DNA of 64,000 bases from IMG/VR virus record IMGVR_UViG_2687453603_000006; one strand, 5' to 3'. Shown one piece after another: positions 1-9,870 of this stretch (position 1 is the stretch's first letter; every line of letters begins with the position of its first letter). Source of the DNA: an uncultured virus (IMG/VR IMGVR_UViG_2687453603_000006) (lineage: Duplodnaviria > Heunggongvirae > Uroviricota > Caudoviricetes). The translations under genes were made by a program, and so were the position numbers. The notes beneath the pieces are model-generated. The model was not told the origin of the DNA. It was given only the letters and a program-made list of their open reading frames with translations, and searched no databases.

Positions 1-605
1 TTAGTATAAGCTTTTTTACCTTTATCGACACCTTTAACAATCACTTCATCTTCTTTAATAACAAATGACGCTTTAGTTAATTTATTTAATGCTTCTGCAC
101 GCACTCCAGTATCAAGTGCTAATAAACAGTAGTAATACTTATCTAAAGCTTTTCTATTCTCATTATCTTTGATCCAATTTATTAAAGCATATGCCTCTTC
201 AAGTGATAAAGCTTCATACGAATTATTAGTTGTTTTTAATTTAGATAACTGATTAATGATATTAATATCAATATTATAACCATATGATGAAAGATATTTA
301 ATGAACTCTTTTAAAGCACACATTTTACGATTGATTGTGCTAGCACTTAATTTCTTCTCTTCTAATAAGTATGAGCGATACTTAACAATATTATTTCTTG
401 TAAAAATCATGTACACAACGTCAGCTGCACTTTCATTATTACAATTAAAATATTTGAAGAATTGTGCTACGTCATCTCTATATGCAATTTTAGTTCTCTC
501 TGAATTGATACCAACTTCATTTGAATAGTTCTCGATCAACTCAGTTAATTTCATATTAAAATGTGTTACCTTTTGATTTAATTCTACTTTTGATAAAGCG
601 TTCAT
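1..605 (-). CDS. Tyrosine recombinase-fold protein, 3' end outside window; candidate MrpR-like phage repressor
   Basis: Not in ORF track. ATG at 605 after RBS AAGGAG (615-620). Reads MNALSKVELNQ...RTKIAYRDDVAQFF...LSASTINRKMCALKEF...LALDTGVRAEAL...GVDKGKK and stays open to the edge. SAM-like N-domain plus integrase box I (TGxR). Confidence 0.8.
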   Translation of the reverse strand, partial: MNALSKVELNQKVTHFNMKLTELIENYSNEVGINSERTKIAYRDDVAQFFKYFNCNNESAADVVYMIFTRNNIVKYRSYLLEEKKLSASTINRKMCALKEFIKYLSSYGYNIDINIINQLSKLKTTNNSYEALSLEEAYALINWIKDNENRKALDKYYYCLLALDTGVRAEALNKLTKASFVIKEDEVIVKGVDKGKKAYT

Positions 606-631
606 TTGTTTCATCTCCTTAACTTAATTTT

Positions 632-660
632 ATTATATATTATTTCTTAAATACTTTCAA
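632..660 (-). promoter_or_regulatory. SigA promoter of recombinase-fold gene with repeated operator in spacer
   Basis: TTGAAA-17 bp-TATAAT on minus strand; AAGAAATAATATATA (634-648) overlaps spacer and -10. Confidence 0.75.
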
Positions 661-720
661 TACCTCTTTTCATTTTTCTTAAATTTTATTTCTTAACTAT
701 ATTCCCCGTGAATTTCTCAT

Positions 721-790
721 TCGCTGTTATATAGCGATATTTCTGAAAACCCCTGTGGAATTTTAGGATCGCTGTTATATAGCAATATTT
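721..790. repeat. Two copies of a 22-bp quasi-palindromic direct repeat
   Basis: TCGCTGTTATATAGC(G/A)ATATTT at 721-742 and 769-790. Confidence 0.75.
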
Positions 791-1254
791 TTCGTTCCCC
801 AACCATTTCAAAAAAAGCCACCCATCGCAAACCCAAACCCCCCCACCCATCGCAAAAACATCGAACACGATACAATTATTTATATATATTATTATTTTCT
901 TTCCATTTTGTCTGTTCGCTGCTTTGATCTCGCTACTACTTCACCACTTTAAAATATAGTATCATGATTTAATTAATATATATGTGCTATTTTATGATCT
1001 CAATTGTATATATAACTGCATTAATACCATATAACAAAGCCATTTAATTATTATAATACGCTTATATATAACGTTTATAGCGTCATTTTAAGACTTTTAA
1101 CGTGTTTTAATGGTACTTATACACATATTTTTATATGGCTTTTATAGGCTCTTAAATGGCCATATAAAGCATATTTATATAATAAAATACGTGTTTTATT
1201 TTAAATTATGATTGTGTTAATAGCCTTGAAACACTAGGCAAAAACGCAAAAAAT

Positions 1255-1288
1255 AAAACGCCTATTATAAAATATAATAAGCGTTTTA
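1255..1288 (-). terminator. Hairpin ending early gene cluster
   Basis: AAAACGCCTATTATA...TATAATAAGCGTTTT inverted repeat just downstream of ORF ending at 1297. Confidence 0.55.
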
Positions 1289-1296
1289 CTTTGTCA

Positions 1297-1725
1297 TTAT
1301 TCAATTAATTCATATTGTGAACCGTATTTTATTATAAATTCTTTCTCACTCATTTTTTTACCGTCAAAGCCACTGTATAGATGGCGTTCGTCTTTGTGTG
1401 CTCTTTCCGTGTGGTAGTTTTCATATAATCGCATGGCCTCACTTGTAGTTAATAAATAAGTTGTATAACTTTTCCTAACTTCTGCCGCTTTCATTAGTCC
1501 GCTTTTAAAGTCTCTTACACATGTATTAGCTGGCAATTGATAAATTATTTCACATTCTTTAAATGTCATGACTTGCGTCAATGATTTTCTTAATTTAAAA
1601 AAATTAATGTGTTTATTTTTAAGATCGTATAATTTTGTAAATCGTTGAAATGGTTCCCACTTCATCCCGTTTGTGTCCGATCTCTTGAAATTTGAAACGC
1701 TATTTTTTTTGATATATTTTTTCAT
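1297..1725 (-). CDS. Helix-turn-helix domain protein
   Basis: VMTFKECE...VRKSYTTYLLT resembles phage/plasmid HTH domains; RBS GGAG upstream. Confidence 0.55.
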   Translation of the reverse strand: MKKYIKKNSVSNFKRSDTNGMKWEPFQRFTKLYDLKNKHINFFKLRKSLTQVMTFKECEIIYQLPANTCVRDFKSGLMKAAEVRKSYTTYLLTTSEAMRLYENYHTERAHKDERHLYSGFDGKKMSEKEFIIKYGSQYELIE

Positions 1726-1802
1726 TGCTTTTTATCTCCCTTAATGATCAATTATTATTTTATTTATGAAACGATCAATATATAAATATCTAGCCGCAAA
1801 GG

Positions 1803-2324
1803 CTAGATAATTGTATATGTGCTTTTAATTTGTCCGTTTTCTGTTTCTTCCGTTTTTATACATATCTTATATTTATATATATCTTTCAATTGCTTATTAA
1901 TTTCTTTCATGATGTTTAATTGATATTGTGAAAAATCATAATTAATATATTTAACACCATATGAAAGCAATTTTAAAATGTGCGTGGCTGCTTTATCTTT
2001 CATATATTCATATGAAAATATATAATTTAAATTTGTGAATTTGCTTAAATCATTTTTAATAAAATACTTACTTTTTAAATACTCATGTTTTTTAATTATA
2101 TATTTTATTGCTTTTTCTTCCGTGCTAAACTCTTTAATTTTTATTATCCTTTCAATAGATACATCAAAATTATACTTTAAAAAATCAGCTTTGAACGGAC
2201 TAAAAAAAGCCCGTTCAAGTTTTGACAATCTTATTTTATTATTATGTTTTTCTAGTCGGTAATATATAACATTAAAAAAATTGTTTTCAGTTTCTAAAAA
2301 ATCAATATAATATATCTTTTTCAT
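1803..2324 (-). CDS. Hypothetical early protein
   Basis: 173-aa ORF translationally coupled to upstream gene (TAATG overlap at 2324). Confidence 0.7.
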   Translation of the reverse strand: MKKIYYIDFLETENNFFNVIYYRLEKHNNKIRLSKLERAFFSPFKADFLKYNFDVSIERIIKIKEFSTEEKAIKYIIKKHEYLKSKYFIKNDLSKFTNLNYIFSYEYMKDKAATHILKLLSYGVKYINYDFSQYQLNIMKEINKQLKDIYKYKICIKTEETENGQIKSTYTII

Positions 2325-2655
2325 TATTTCATCACTTCATCACTTAAAAAGTTTTCTATTTCTTCCATAATTGATTGATAACATAGATCAATAGAATGAT
2401 CTGGAATATATGGCGTTTTTATTTCATGATCTGCCATTATTTCAATTGTGAAAGTATATTCTTGTGGTGTATAACGATTATTAAAATATGCATTAATTTG
2501 CTCATCTGTTAAATTTTCATCATTTAACTTTATTTGTTCAATTAAATCATTTTCATCTATATTATTATATTCGTATAAATCAACCATAAAAGCCGCTTTA
2601 TAATATAAATCAAAATATACATAATTATTAATATCATCATTATTAATAAATAAAA

Positions 2656-3979
2656 GATAAAGTCCGTATAATTGTGTAAAAGTAAAAAGGCCATATAACA
2701 GTCCTTTTACGGTACAATGTTTTTAACGACAAAAACATACCCAGGAGGACTTTTACATGACCCAAGTACATTTTACACTGAAAAGCGAAGAGATTCAAAG
2801 CATTATTGAATATTCTGTAAAGGATGACGTTTCTAAAAATATTTTAACAACGGTATTTAATCAACTAATGGAAAATCAACGAACAGAATATATTCAAGCA
2901 AAAGAATATGAACGAACAGAAAACCGACAAAGTCAACGAAATGGCTATTATGAGCGCAGCTTTACGACACGTGTAGGCACGCTAGAATTAAAAGTACCCA
3001 GAACACGTGATGGCCATTTTTCACCCACAGTGTTTGAACGTTATCAACGAAACGAAAAAGCCCTCATGGCTTCAATGTTGGAAATGTATGTATCAGGCGT
3101 TTCAACTCGTAAAGTATCAAAAATTGTGGAAGAACTTTGTGGTAAATCCGTCTCTAAGTCCTTCGTTTCTAGCTTAACAGAACAGCTAGAACCTATGGTT
3201 AACGAGTGGCAGAATCGTTTATTATCAGAAAAAAATTATCCTTACTTAATGACCGATGTACTCTATATAAAAGTACGAGAAGAAAATCGAGTACTCTCAA
3301 AAAGCTGTCATATAGCGATTGGAATAACCAAAGATGGCGACCGTGAAATTATCGGCTTCATGATTCAAAGTGGCGAAAGCGAAGAGACCTGGACAACATT
3401 TTTTGAATACCTAAAAGAACGCGGTTTACAAGGTACGGAACTCGTTATTTCTGATGCGCACAAAGGATTAGTCTCTGCCATTAGAAAATCCTTCACCAAC
3501 GTAAGTTGGCAAAGATGCCAAGTTCACTTCCTAAGAAATATCTTTACCACCATTCCTAAAAAAAATTCAAAATCTTTCAGAGAAGCTGTTAAAGGAATTT
3601 TTAAGTTCACAGATATTAACTTAGCGCGTGAGGCTAAAAATCGATTGATTCATGATTATATCGATCAACCAAAATATTCAAAAGCTTGCGCATCATTGGA
3701 TGATGGATTCGAAGACGCCTTTCAATATACCGTACAAGGAAATTCCCACAATCGACTAAAGAGTACCAATCTAATTGAACGACTGAATCAAGAAGTACGC
3801 AGAAGAGAAAAGATTATTCGCATCTTCCCCAATCAAACATCAGCCAATCGCTTAATTGGAGCCGTTCTTATGGACCTACATGATGAATGGATTTATTCTT
3901 CAAGAAAATACATCAATTTTGATAAGTAGAAATGGTAAAAACATTGTATAGCATTTTACACAGGAGTCTGGACTTGACT
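2656..3979 (+). mobile_element. IS256, complete 1324 bp
   Basis: Ends GATAAAGTCCGTATAATTGTGTAAAA and TTTTACACAGGAGTCTGGACTTGACT; 8-bp target duplication AAATAAAA at 2648-2655 and 3980-3987. Confidence 0.97.
2757..3929 (+). CDS. tnp: IS256 transposase (Mutator family DDE)
   Basis: 390 aa MTQVHFTLKSEEIQ...; motifs RNGY, SDAHKGL, WQRCQVHF, STNLIERLN. Confidence 0.97.
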   Translation: MTQVHFTLKSEEIQSIIEYSVKDDVSKNILTTVFNQLMENQRTEYIQAKEYERTENRQSQRNGYYERSFTTRVGTLELKVPRTRDGHFSPTVFERYQRNEKALMASMLEMYVSGVSTRKVSKIVEELCGKSVSKSFVSSLTEQLEPMVNEWQNRLLSEKNYPYLMTDVLYIKVREENRVLSKSCHIAIGITKDGDREIIGFMIQSGESEETWTTFFEYLKERGLQGTELVISDAHKGLVSAIRKSFTNVSWQRCQVHFLRNIFTTIPKKNSKSFREAVKGIFKFTDINLAREAKNRLIHDYIDQPKYSKACASLDDGFEDAFQYTVQGNSHNRLKSTNLIERLNQEVRRREKIIRIFPNQTSANRLIGAVLMDLHDEWIYSSRKYINFDK

Positions 3980-4221
3980 AAATAAAACATGGTTATAACT
4001 TCCGTTATCCTCAAAAAATATATTTATATCAGTATTATATTTTTTGTTAATGTTTGTTAATTCTTCACTTACTTTTTTAATTACTTTGTTAATTTCATTT
4101 AATTTCATTGTGTCCACTCCTAAAATTGATATATGTATTTTTAATAACTCAATTGATAACACCATTTAAAAATGATGTTATTTATCAATTATTAAAATAT
4201 AGTTTTATATGTTATTTTTTA

Positions 4222-4902
4222 TTATGGTCTAATTGGACAAATAACATAATTAAAAGAATTTGCTTTATCCATGATATTAATTGGATAATTTTCTTTAGTT
4301 AAATATATATAATAACTATTTGTTAAATCTTGCGTTTTTACATCGTCTTTTAAATATTCAAATGCATTTAAAAGATATGAAACATTAAACGTTATTTTGT
4401 GCACTGGTTTATCACTTAAATTTATATTTTTTAATTTATAATTTAAATTGAGATGTTCAAGAAGTTCATTATTATTAAAATTAAAGTCACTATAATTCAT
4501 TAAATAATATTCTTGATTTTTATCAATTATTAATGTTAAGCGATCTAATTTAATACCTTTATAGGCTTTTAAGATTGCGATTAATAGATCAATTTCATCA
4601 TGGTTAATAATAATTTTATTGTTTGCGTTCTCACTTTCTGGAATTATTCGGCTTGTTTCTGGGTATTGTTGAAAGCTTTCCCCATTTTCTCCAGTTTTTG
4701 CATTATATAAAACATTAGTTTTATTATGCTTTTTGTTGATCTGCAACAGTCGATGGCTATCAGTTGCCACGATAGTATTATCATTATAATAAATATGTTG
4801 TAAAATTGGTCTAGCGTCTGAGACTTTGCCCGTGATCTTCTTCATGTTTTTAATGATTTTTTTATCGTCCATATTTGAAAAGTTTTTAATTTCATCATTC
4901 AT
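4222..4902 (-). CDS. DNA polymerase III beta-clamp-like protein (two domains only)
   Basis: RPILQHI, VATDSHRL, ITFNVSYLLNAF and C-terminal YVICPIR match DnaN middle/C-domain motifs; 226 aa. Confidence 0.7.
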   Translation of the reverse strand: MNDEIKNFSNMDDKKIIKNMKKITGKVSDARPILQHIYYNDNTIVATDSHRLLQINKKHNKTNVLYNAKTGENGESFQQYPETSRIIPESENANNKIIINHDEIDLLIAILKAYKGIKLDRLTLIIDKNQEYYLMNYSDFNFNNNELLEHLNLNYKLKNINLSDKPVHKITFNVSYLLNAFEYLKDDVKTQDLTNSYYIYLTKENYPINIMDKANSFNYVICPIRP

Positions 4903-4997
4903 AATTTTTATACCTCTTTTATATTTTATTTAATATTTCAATTGTTAGCACTTAAAAATTAATTATTCTTAAATGCTAACTATCAAACATTAAACAT

Positions 4998-5321
4998 TTA
5001 CCAACCGTAAGAAGTCGTTAAAACTTCATTATTACTTGATAAGTAATTAATAGAAACATCCCAATTTTGCGTTAAGTCTTCCGCTAGTCCCTCATAATCA
5101 ATATAATCAAATAAATCAGGTGCACCGTTAAAATTTGCGTTTATGTCAATTATTGACGAATACCAACCATCAGTTACTTCATATTGTGCAAAGTCCTCTT
5201 TGTCTTTGTGATAGTATATTTCATTTTCTAGCCATTCCCCCGCCTCTTTTTCTTCCAACAATTCACTAGCAAGATCACTATTATATTTTTTTAATTCCTC
5301 AAAGTTTTTAAAGATTTTCAT
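4998..5321 (-). CDS. Acidic ArdA C-terminal-like protein (DNA mimic candidate)
   Basis: Very acidic 107 aa; LFDYIDYEGLAEDL resembles the ArdA YIDYExxxRDL motif. Confidence 0.55.
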   Translation of the reverse strand: MKIFKNFEELKKYNSDLASELLEEKEAGEWLENEIYYHKDKEDFAQYEVTDGWYSSIIDINANFNGAPDLFDYIDYEGLAEDLTQNWDVSINYLSSNNEVLTTSYGW

Positions 5322-5368
5322 TTTTTCTTTTACCTCTCTTTATTATATTTTATTTCTTTAATAGTAAA

Positions 5369-6028
5369 TTAAAATAATGTTACGATTATAATTGTGTCAT
5401 TCAATTTTCCCACTTCATAAGTGCCAACAATTACATCGCTATTTGCGTTTAATTCGATTAGTTTATCATGTCCGAATTTTTCAAAGTCAAAGTAATTAAT
5501 AATGTTTTGATCTATTTTTTCAATTGCTTTAAAATTGATATAATCTAATTCATCAATTAAATAATTAGCAAAATTAACAATACATGTATTATATTGATCT
5601 TGTGCAAAAATTCGCATACTTTCTATATTTTCAATAATTTCATCGGTTGTTAATTCGTCCGCTTGCTCTTTTGCGTAGTCGTTTAAAATTTCCATAACTT
5701 TGTATTTATCATCATTAAAATAAGTTATTTCTTGATCTGCACCAAAGAAATTATATAATTTTTCATTGATAGCGATCTGAATTTTTGCCATATCGTTTAC
5801 ACGTTCAATATTTGAGTATTGACTAATGCCGCCGATATTTTCCCAATCTGTTAAAAAATACTCTTCATACTGTACACCATCAACACCGATATTTTTTAAT
5901 GCTTGATTAAATTGATCTTGTGTAGCTGGTACATTTAACCATTGGCCAACGTGTTTGCCTTCTGTGTATTTTCCTAAATTAGTGATATAGATTGCTGGTT
6001 GATTTTCTTTAATTGTTAAGTTTTTCAT
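5369..6028 (-). CDS. ardA: Antirestriction protein ArdA
   Basis: IYITNLGKYTEGKHVGQWLNVP, EEYFLTDWE and YFDFEKFGHD are typical ArdA motifs. Confidence 0.85.
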   Translation of the reverse strand: MKNLTIKENQPAIYITNLGKYTEGKHVGQWLNVPATQDQFNQALKNIGVDGVQYEEYFLTDWENIGGISQYSNIERVNDMAKIQIAINEKLYNFFGADQEITYFNDDKYKVMEILNDYAKEQADELTTDEIIENIESMRIFAQDQYNTCIVNFANYLIDELDYINFKAIEKIDQNIINYFDFEKFGHDKLIELNANSDVIVGTYEVGKLNDTIIIVTLF

Positions 6029-6123
6029 TTTTGTTACAGTCCTTTATTATATTTTATTTCTAAAATCTTAATTGATAATTAAAATTTTAGTTTTGTGTGC
6101 TTACTAACCTTAACACATTTATA

Positions 6124-6152
6124 ATTATAATACTTTATCATTATAAAATCAA
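6124..6152 (-). promoter_or_regulatory. SigA promoter upstream of ardA
   Basis: TTGATT-17 bp-TATAAT; flanked by operator-like motifs at 6048-6061 and 6162-6176. Confidence 0.65.
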
Positions 6153-6182
6153 TAGTTTTTTTATAATTTATTTCTTAATTTT

Positions 6183-6584
6183 TTACCATTCTTCATCAGG
6201 TACATAAGCAATTAAGATATAATTATCATTTTTTTTAATTATATTTATTTCATTTTCAAAGTTCGTTACATAGTCATTAATAAATTCTTGATAATCTTTT
6301 ACATTATCGAAGTAATACAAATATTTTAATAATCTGTAAATATCAAAATCATCGCATATATCATTATTGCTATAATATTGCTGTACATCTGAAAATGATA
6401 AATTATTTACAGATAAGAAAATTGTTAAATCTTCAAGAATTCTATTGTAAAATTGTTGATCTTCAATTTCTGTTATTTCCTCAAAACCCTTGAAGTATTC
6501 TGATACTTCATTTCTAACTTTTTCATTAATTTTTACTATGTTTCTATTTATTAAATTTTCAATATTTAACATTATTGCGTACAC
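6183..6584 (-). CDS. Acidic hypothetical early protein
   Basis: 133-aa ORF with AAGGAG RBS; D/E/Y-rich. True start may be the ATG at 6572. Confidence 0.7.
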   Translation of the reverse strand: MYAIMLNIENLINRNIVKINEKVRNEVSEYFKGFEEITEIEDQQFYNRILEDLTIFLSVNNLSFSDVQQYYSNNDICDDFDIYRLLKYLYYFDNVKDYQEFINDYVTNFENEINIIKKNDNYILIAYVPDEEW

Positions 6585-6641
6585 TCCTTAAAATTAAAAT
6601 TTTAGTTTGTAATTTATTAATTACTTATCCTTACAAGATCT

Positions 6642-6669
6642 ATTATACACATATATTTTTAAATTTCAA
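6642..6669 (-). promoter_or_regulatory. Putative SigA promoter
   Basis: TTGAAA-16 bp-TATAAT; operator motif just upstream (6678-6692). Confidence 0.5.
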
Positions 6670-6708
6670 TACTTTATTATATTTTATTTCTTAAAATTCA
6701 AGAAATTT

Positions 6709-6969
6709 TTATATCGTTACACTTGAGAATTTAAAGCCTATTAAAGTATTAAAACCATTAAACATAGTGACAATATACAAATATTTAAAATCATTGTAAT
6801 TATGATCTACTATTTTTGAGTGATCTAAATAATTACTATTTAAATACTTTTCTATTTTGGCGGCTGCCTCTTTCTCATTTTTTAATTCTGTTCTATATAT
6901 CAATTTTTGATCTTGCAGCCCTAAAGAATTTATATATATTTCAGTGCCTTCAAGTGTTAAAATATCCAT
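6709..6969 (-). CDS. Hypothetical early protein
   Basis: 86-aa ORF with AGGGA RBS, same strand as cluster. Confidence 0.65.
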   Translation of the reverse strand: MDILTLEGTEIYINSLGLQDQKLIYRTELKNEKEAAAKIEKYLNSNYLDHSKIVDHNYNDFKYLYIVTMFNGFNTLIGFKFSSVTI

Positions 6970-7043
6970 TTTATTATATCCCTACTTTGTCAGATCATTA
7001 AATTATCAATAAAAATGATATATTTATGATCTTGTTGATCTCC

Positions 7044-7517
7044 TTAATATCCTAATTTATGACAATATAAAATAAATTCATCATATCTTTTTGAACCAAT
7101 TGAAAGTAATCTGTCATAAATTGATTTGTATTTTTTTGTTGATGTTCTCCAATTAAAATAACTTTTTGCCAGTTCTTCAATAGTTTCAACACTTTCAAAA
7201 TTAATAGAAATCTTTTTAAAATCGTTACAACTTCCATTATCCATTGTTAAAGTAATTATTTTATGATCTTCTAAATTACTATATTTTTTTATTGCGTTTT
7301 CTACATCGTCCGTAGTTTCTACTTCTGCATAATATGAATGATCTAGATTTTCACTATCATATATAGTTAAATCGCAATAACCATCATTATATTCTATATC
7401 AGCTATTACATAGCCTTTTAGATCGCTAATACTAACGCCATTTTGTGCGATTTGATAAGTTAAATTGTTAATTGTTTCCGCTTGTCCTACTTTGTCAAAT
7501 AGTTCAATAATTTTCAT
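7044..7517 (-). CDS. Hypothetical early protein
   Basis: 157-aa ORF with AAGGAG RBS. Confidence 0.75.
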   Translation of the reverse strand: MKIIELFDKVGQAETINNLTYQIAQNGVSISDLKGYVIADIEYNDGYCDLTIYDSENLDHSYYAEVETTDDVENAIKKYSNLEDHKIITLTMDNGSCNDFKKISINFESVETIEELAKSYFNWRTSTKKYKSIYDRLLSIGSKRYDEFILYCHKLGY

Positions 7518-7582
7518 TTTTTGATCTCCTTATTAATTTATTTATTATATTTTATTTCTTTAATACTTTTTAAATTTCATTT

Positions 7583-7696
7583 TTAACGTTCCTTAAATTC
7601 TTCGCCCTCAGGAAATAAACTTTTTTGTATTTCTTTGTTACCTAATAAATAACCTATTCCAATAAAACCAATGATGGCAACAAACAATGTAAACAT
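7583..7696 (-). CDS. Small single-pass membrane peptide (37 aa)
   Basis: Not in ORF track. GGAGG RBS; MFTLFVAIIGFIGIGYLLGNKEIQKSLFPEGEEFKER. Confidence 0.65.
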   Translation of the reverse strand: MFTLFVAIIGFIGIGYLLGNKEIQKSLFPEGEEFKER

Positions 7697-7710
7697 TTTA
7701 AAACCTCCGT

Positions 7711-7995
7711 TTATAAATTATAATATTGTGCGATCTCTTCGACTTTCTCAAGTGCCATGCTTGCGGCGTTTGTTTCTTGCTTTTTGCTTTTTCTTGTAAC
7801 TTCAATTAATAGCATTCTTGCCGCTCCCGTTGGTTGTGTTAAGTCCTCAAATGCTCCAAACTCCCTAGCGTTGCGGCGTACTTCCAAATAATAGCCTCTT
7901 GCTTTGTTTTGTCCGGTAAAATGGTTATAGCCTCCTAGATCGTAATCAGTGCTATAATATAGTTTTGTACCTTTTTCAGTTGTGTATAATTCCAT
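7711..7995 (-). CDS. Hypothetical early protein
   Basis: 94-aa ORF with AAGGAG RBS. Confidence 0.75.
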   Translation of the reverse strand: MELYTTEKGTKLYYSTDYDLGGYNHFTGQNKARGYYLEVRRNAREFGAFEDLTQPTGAARMLLIEVTRKSKKQETNAASMALEKVEEIAQYYNL

Positions 7996-8040
7996 TTTAA
8001 AAACTCCTTTTTATTTTTTAAATTTCTTGATTCTAAGATA

Positions 8041-8319
8041 TTAAACCTCTTTTTGTCTACATAACTCTAAAAAGTTTATCATGTTTACAACTTCATCACG
8101 TTTGATATTCCCTAGATAATGATAGAATTGTAAAACTGATGAAGCTTGGTATTCTTTTGTAAATTCTTTCATAGTTACAAATAAAACATCTTGTTTAGTT
8201 GCTTGACAATTTTCTGAAAAAGCATCAATCATATTTTTAATACCTTTGGCAATTTCTGTATTATCTTTAAATATTTTTTTGATGTTAGTTTTCAATTCGT
8301 TGTATTTTTTTTCGTTCAT
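8041..8319 (-). CDS. Hypothetical early protein (first of cluster)
   Basis: 92-aa ORF with AAGGA RBS. Confidence 0.7.
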   Translation of the reverse strand: MNEKKYNELKTNIKKIFKDNTEIAKGIKNMIDAFSENCQATKQDVLFVTMKEFTKEYQASSVLQFYHYLGNIKRDEVVNMINFLELCRQKEV

Positions 8320-8699
8320 TTTTTCTCATTCCTTTTTTGTTTTTAAATTTCTGGCGTTAAGTGGCAACGCCTTTCAGCTTTTGAAGTTGTGAGGTTTAAA
8401 AGCGATGATTTGCGGTAGTGTGTGAAGTGTTTTATAACTACCATTAACTTAATTTTATTATATCTTATTTCTTATAAGATATATATACCAATTTTACACT
8501 TTTGTTAATATTTTTGAAGTTTTTTTATAACTTCTTTTTGTTGTGTCTTAATCGGTAATTATTGAACATTTTGGAATTGTTCAATTCGTTTATTTAGTTG
8601 TTATCCTTATTACATATATAATTATACCACTTTAAGAAATAAAATATATAATAAGTAAGTTACTAAATAGATCAATTGTATTATTAAGTGTATAAATAC

Positions 8700-9870
8700 C
8701 CTTTTATTTTGATAGATCATTATATTATTAATTAGATATATACATACATGTATTAGCATAATAGCACTAATGCATAGCGTACATATAACACATATACAAG
8801 CATGTATATATATGTGTGTGTAGTAAGTACAAGCATATTAATATATGCGTAATATGGCTATTATATGCGTGTGTATGGCTATGTGTTAAGTATATAAATA
8901 TAATTAAGATCATTCATATTATTATATATATCTCATTTGTTTATTGATCTTATTTAGTTGGTTGATCTTATTAATATATTAGGTGTATTGGTTATTATAT
9001 TATTCTATTGTTTGGCTGCTTAATATATGCGTTGATCTTATTATCAAGTACATACATTTATAAGATCATTATCATTATATATATTGTTAATGCGTGCGTG
9101 TATGATGTGTATATTATATATATGTGCATATGTTTATATGTGTGTATGTATTCAATGAATAGATGAATACAATTAAGATCATAATAAGTTATTAAGTGAT
9201 AGTTATTATTTATATGTATGATCTTATTATTATGTGTGTATGTGTATATAGATGTGTATATATGCGTGTGTGCGTATGGTGTATATGTATGTGGCTATAT
9301 ATGTATATATATATATGTGTATATGTATATAGTATATATGCATGTGTATATATGATTAAGTATATATGTATGTGTGTATAGTATATATATGTGTATGTGT
9401 GTATATAGTGATAACATAGTCATACATGTATATGTATGTGTGCATAGTGTGGCAAGGTAGCAAAGCAAGGCAATATATAAGCGTGTGGCTAGTGTGTAAG
9501 TGTGCGTAATAAATAAATGTGTGTGATCTAGATCAATGATTGATATTAATATTATCAAGTTTATTAATTTGTTTGTTTCTTTATTCTTTGTTTTATTGTT
9601 CATTTTATTGTTTTCTTTATTTTGTTTTTGTTTAATTTGCTTGTGTTGGTAATTTTGATTTTTTGATTTTTTGAGCGTGTGAGTGTGTAGGTTGTTTGGT
9701 TGTTGGTGTGTTTGCTTTGTGTTCGTTTATATTTATGTGATTAGTTATTTATATTATTGTGTGGTGTTGTGTGTGTGGTTTGTTGTGGCTGCGTGTGTAT
9801 GGTTGGAATGTGTGAGAGTGTGGATAATTTGGGGATAATGTGAGTATGTATGTGTGTGTTGGTTTTGGTG
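8700..9870. repeat. Low-complexity TA/TG alternating purine-pyrimidine tract, grading into GT-rich DNA
   Basis: Runs such as TATATGTGTATATGTATATAG and GTGTGTGGTTTGTTGTGG; no credible ORFs. Confidence 0.85.

Larger units (their letters stand above)
2324..4108 (-). pseudogene. Acidic ~150-aa early gene interrupted by IS256
   Basis: Removing IS256 and one TSD joins MKLNEINK...YNHVLF (4108-3980) in frame to INNDDINNYVYFDLYYKAAF-MVDLYEY... (2647-2324). Confidence 0.85.

Noticed and set aside
301..528. Plus-strand 75-aa ORF and other short antisense/overlapping ORFs in the track
   Set aside because: Shadow ORFs opposite or inside well-supported genes.
3974..4000. IS256 outward -35 (TTGACT) hybrid promoter
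   Set aside because: Nearest -10-like TATAAC is only 14 bp away.
3956..4165. 69-aa ORF as an independent gene
   Set aside because: It is the 5' half of the IS256-split gene running into the IS end.
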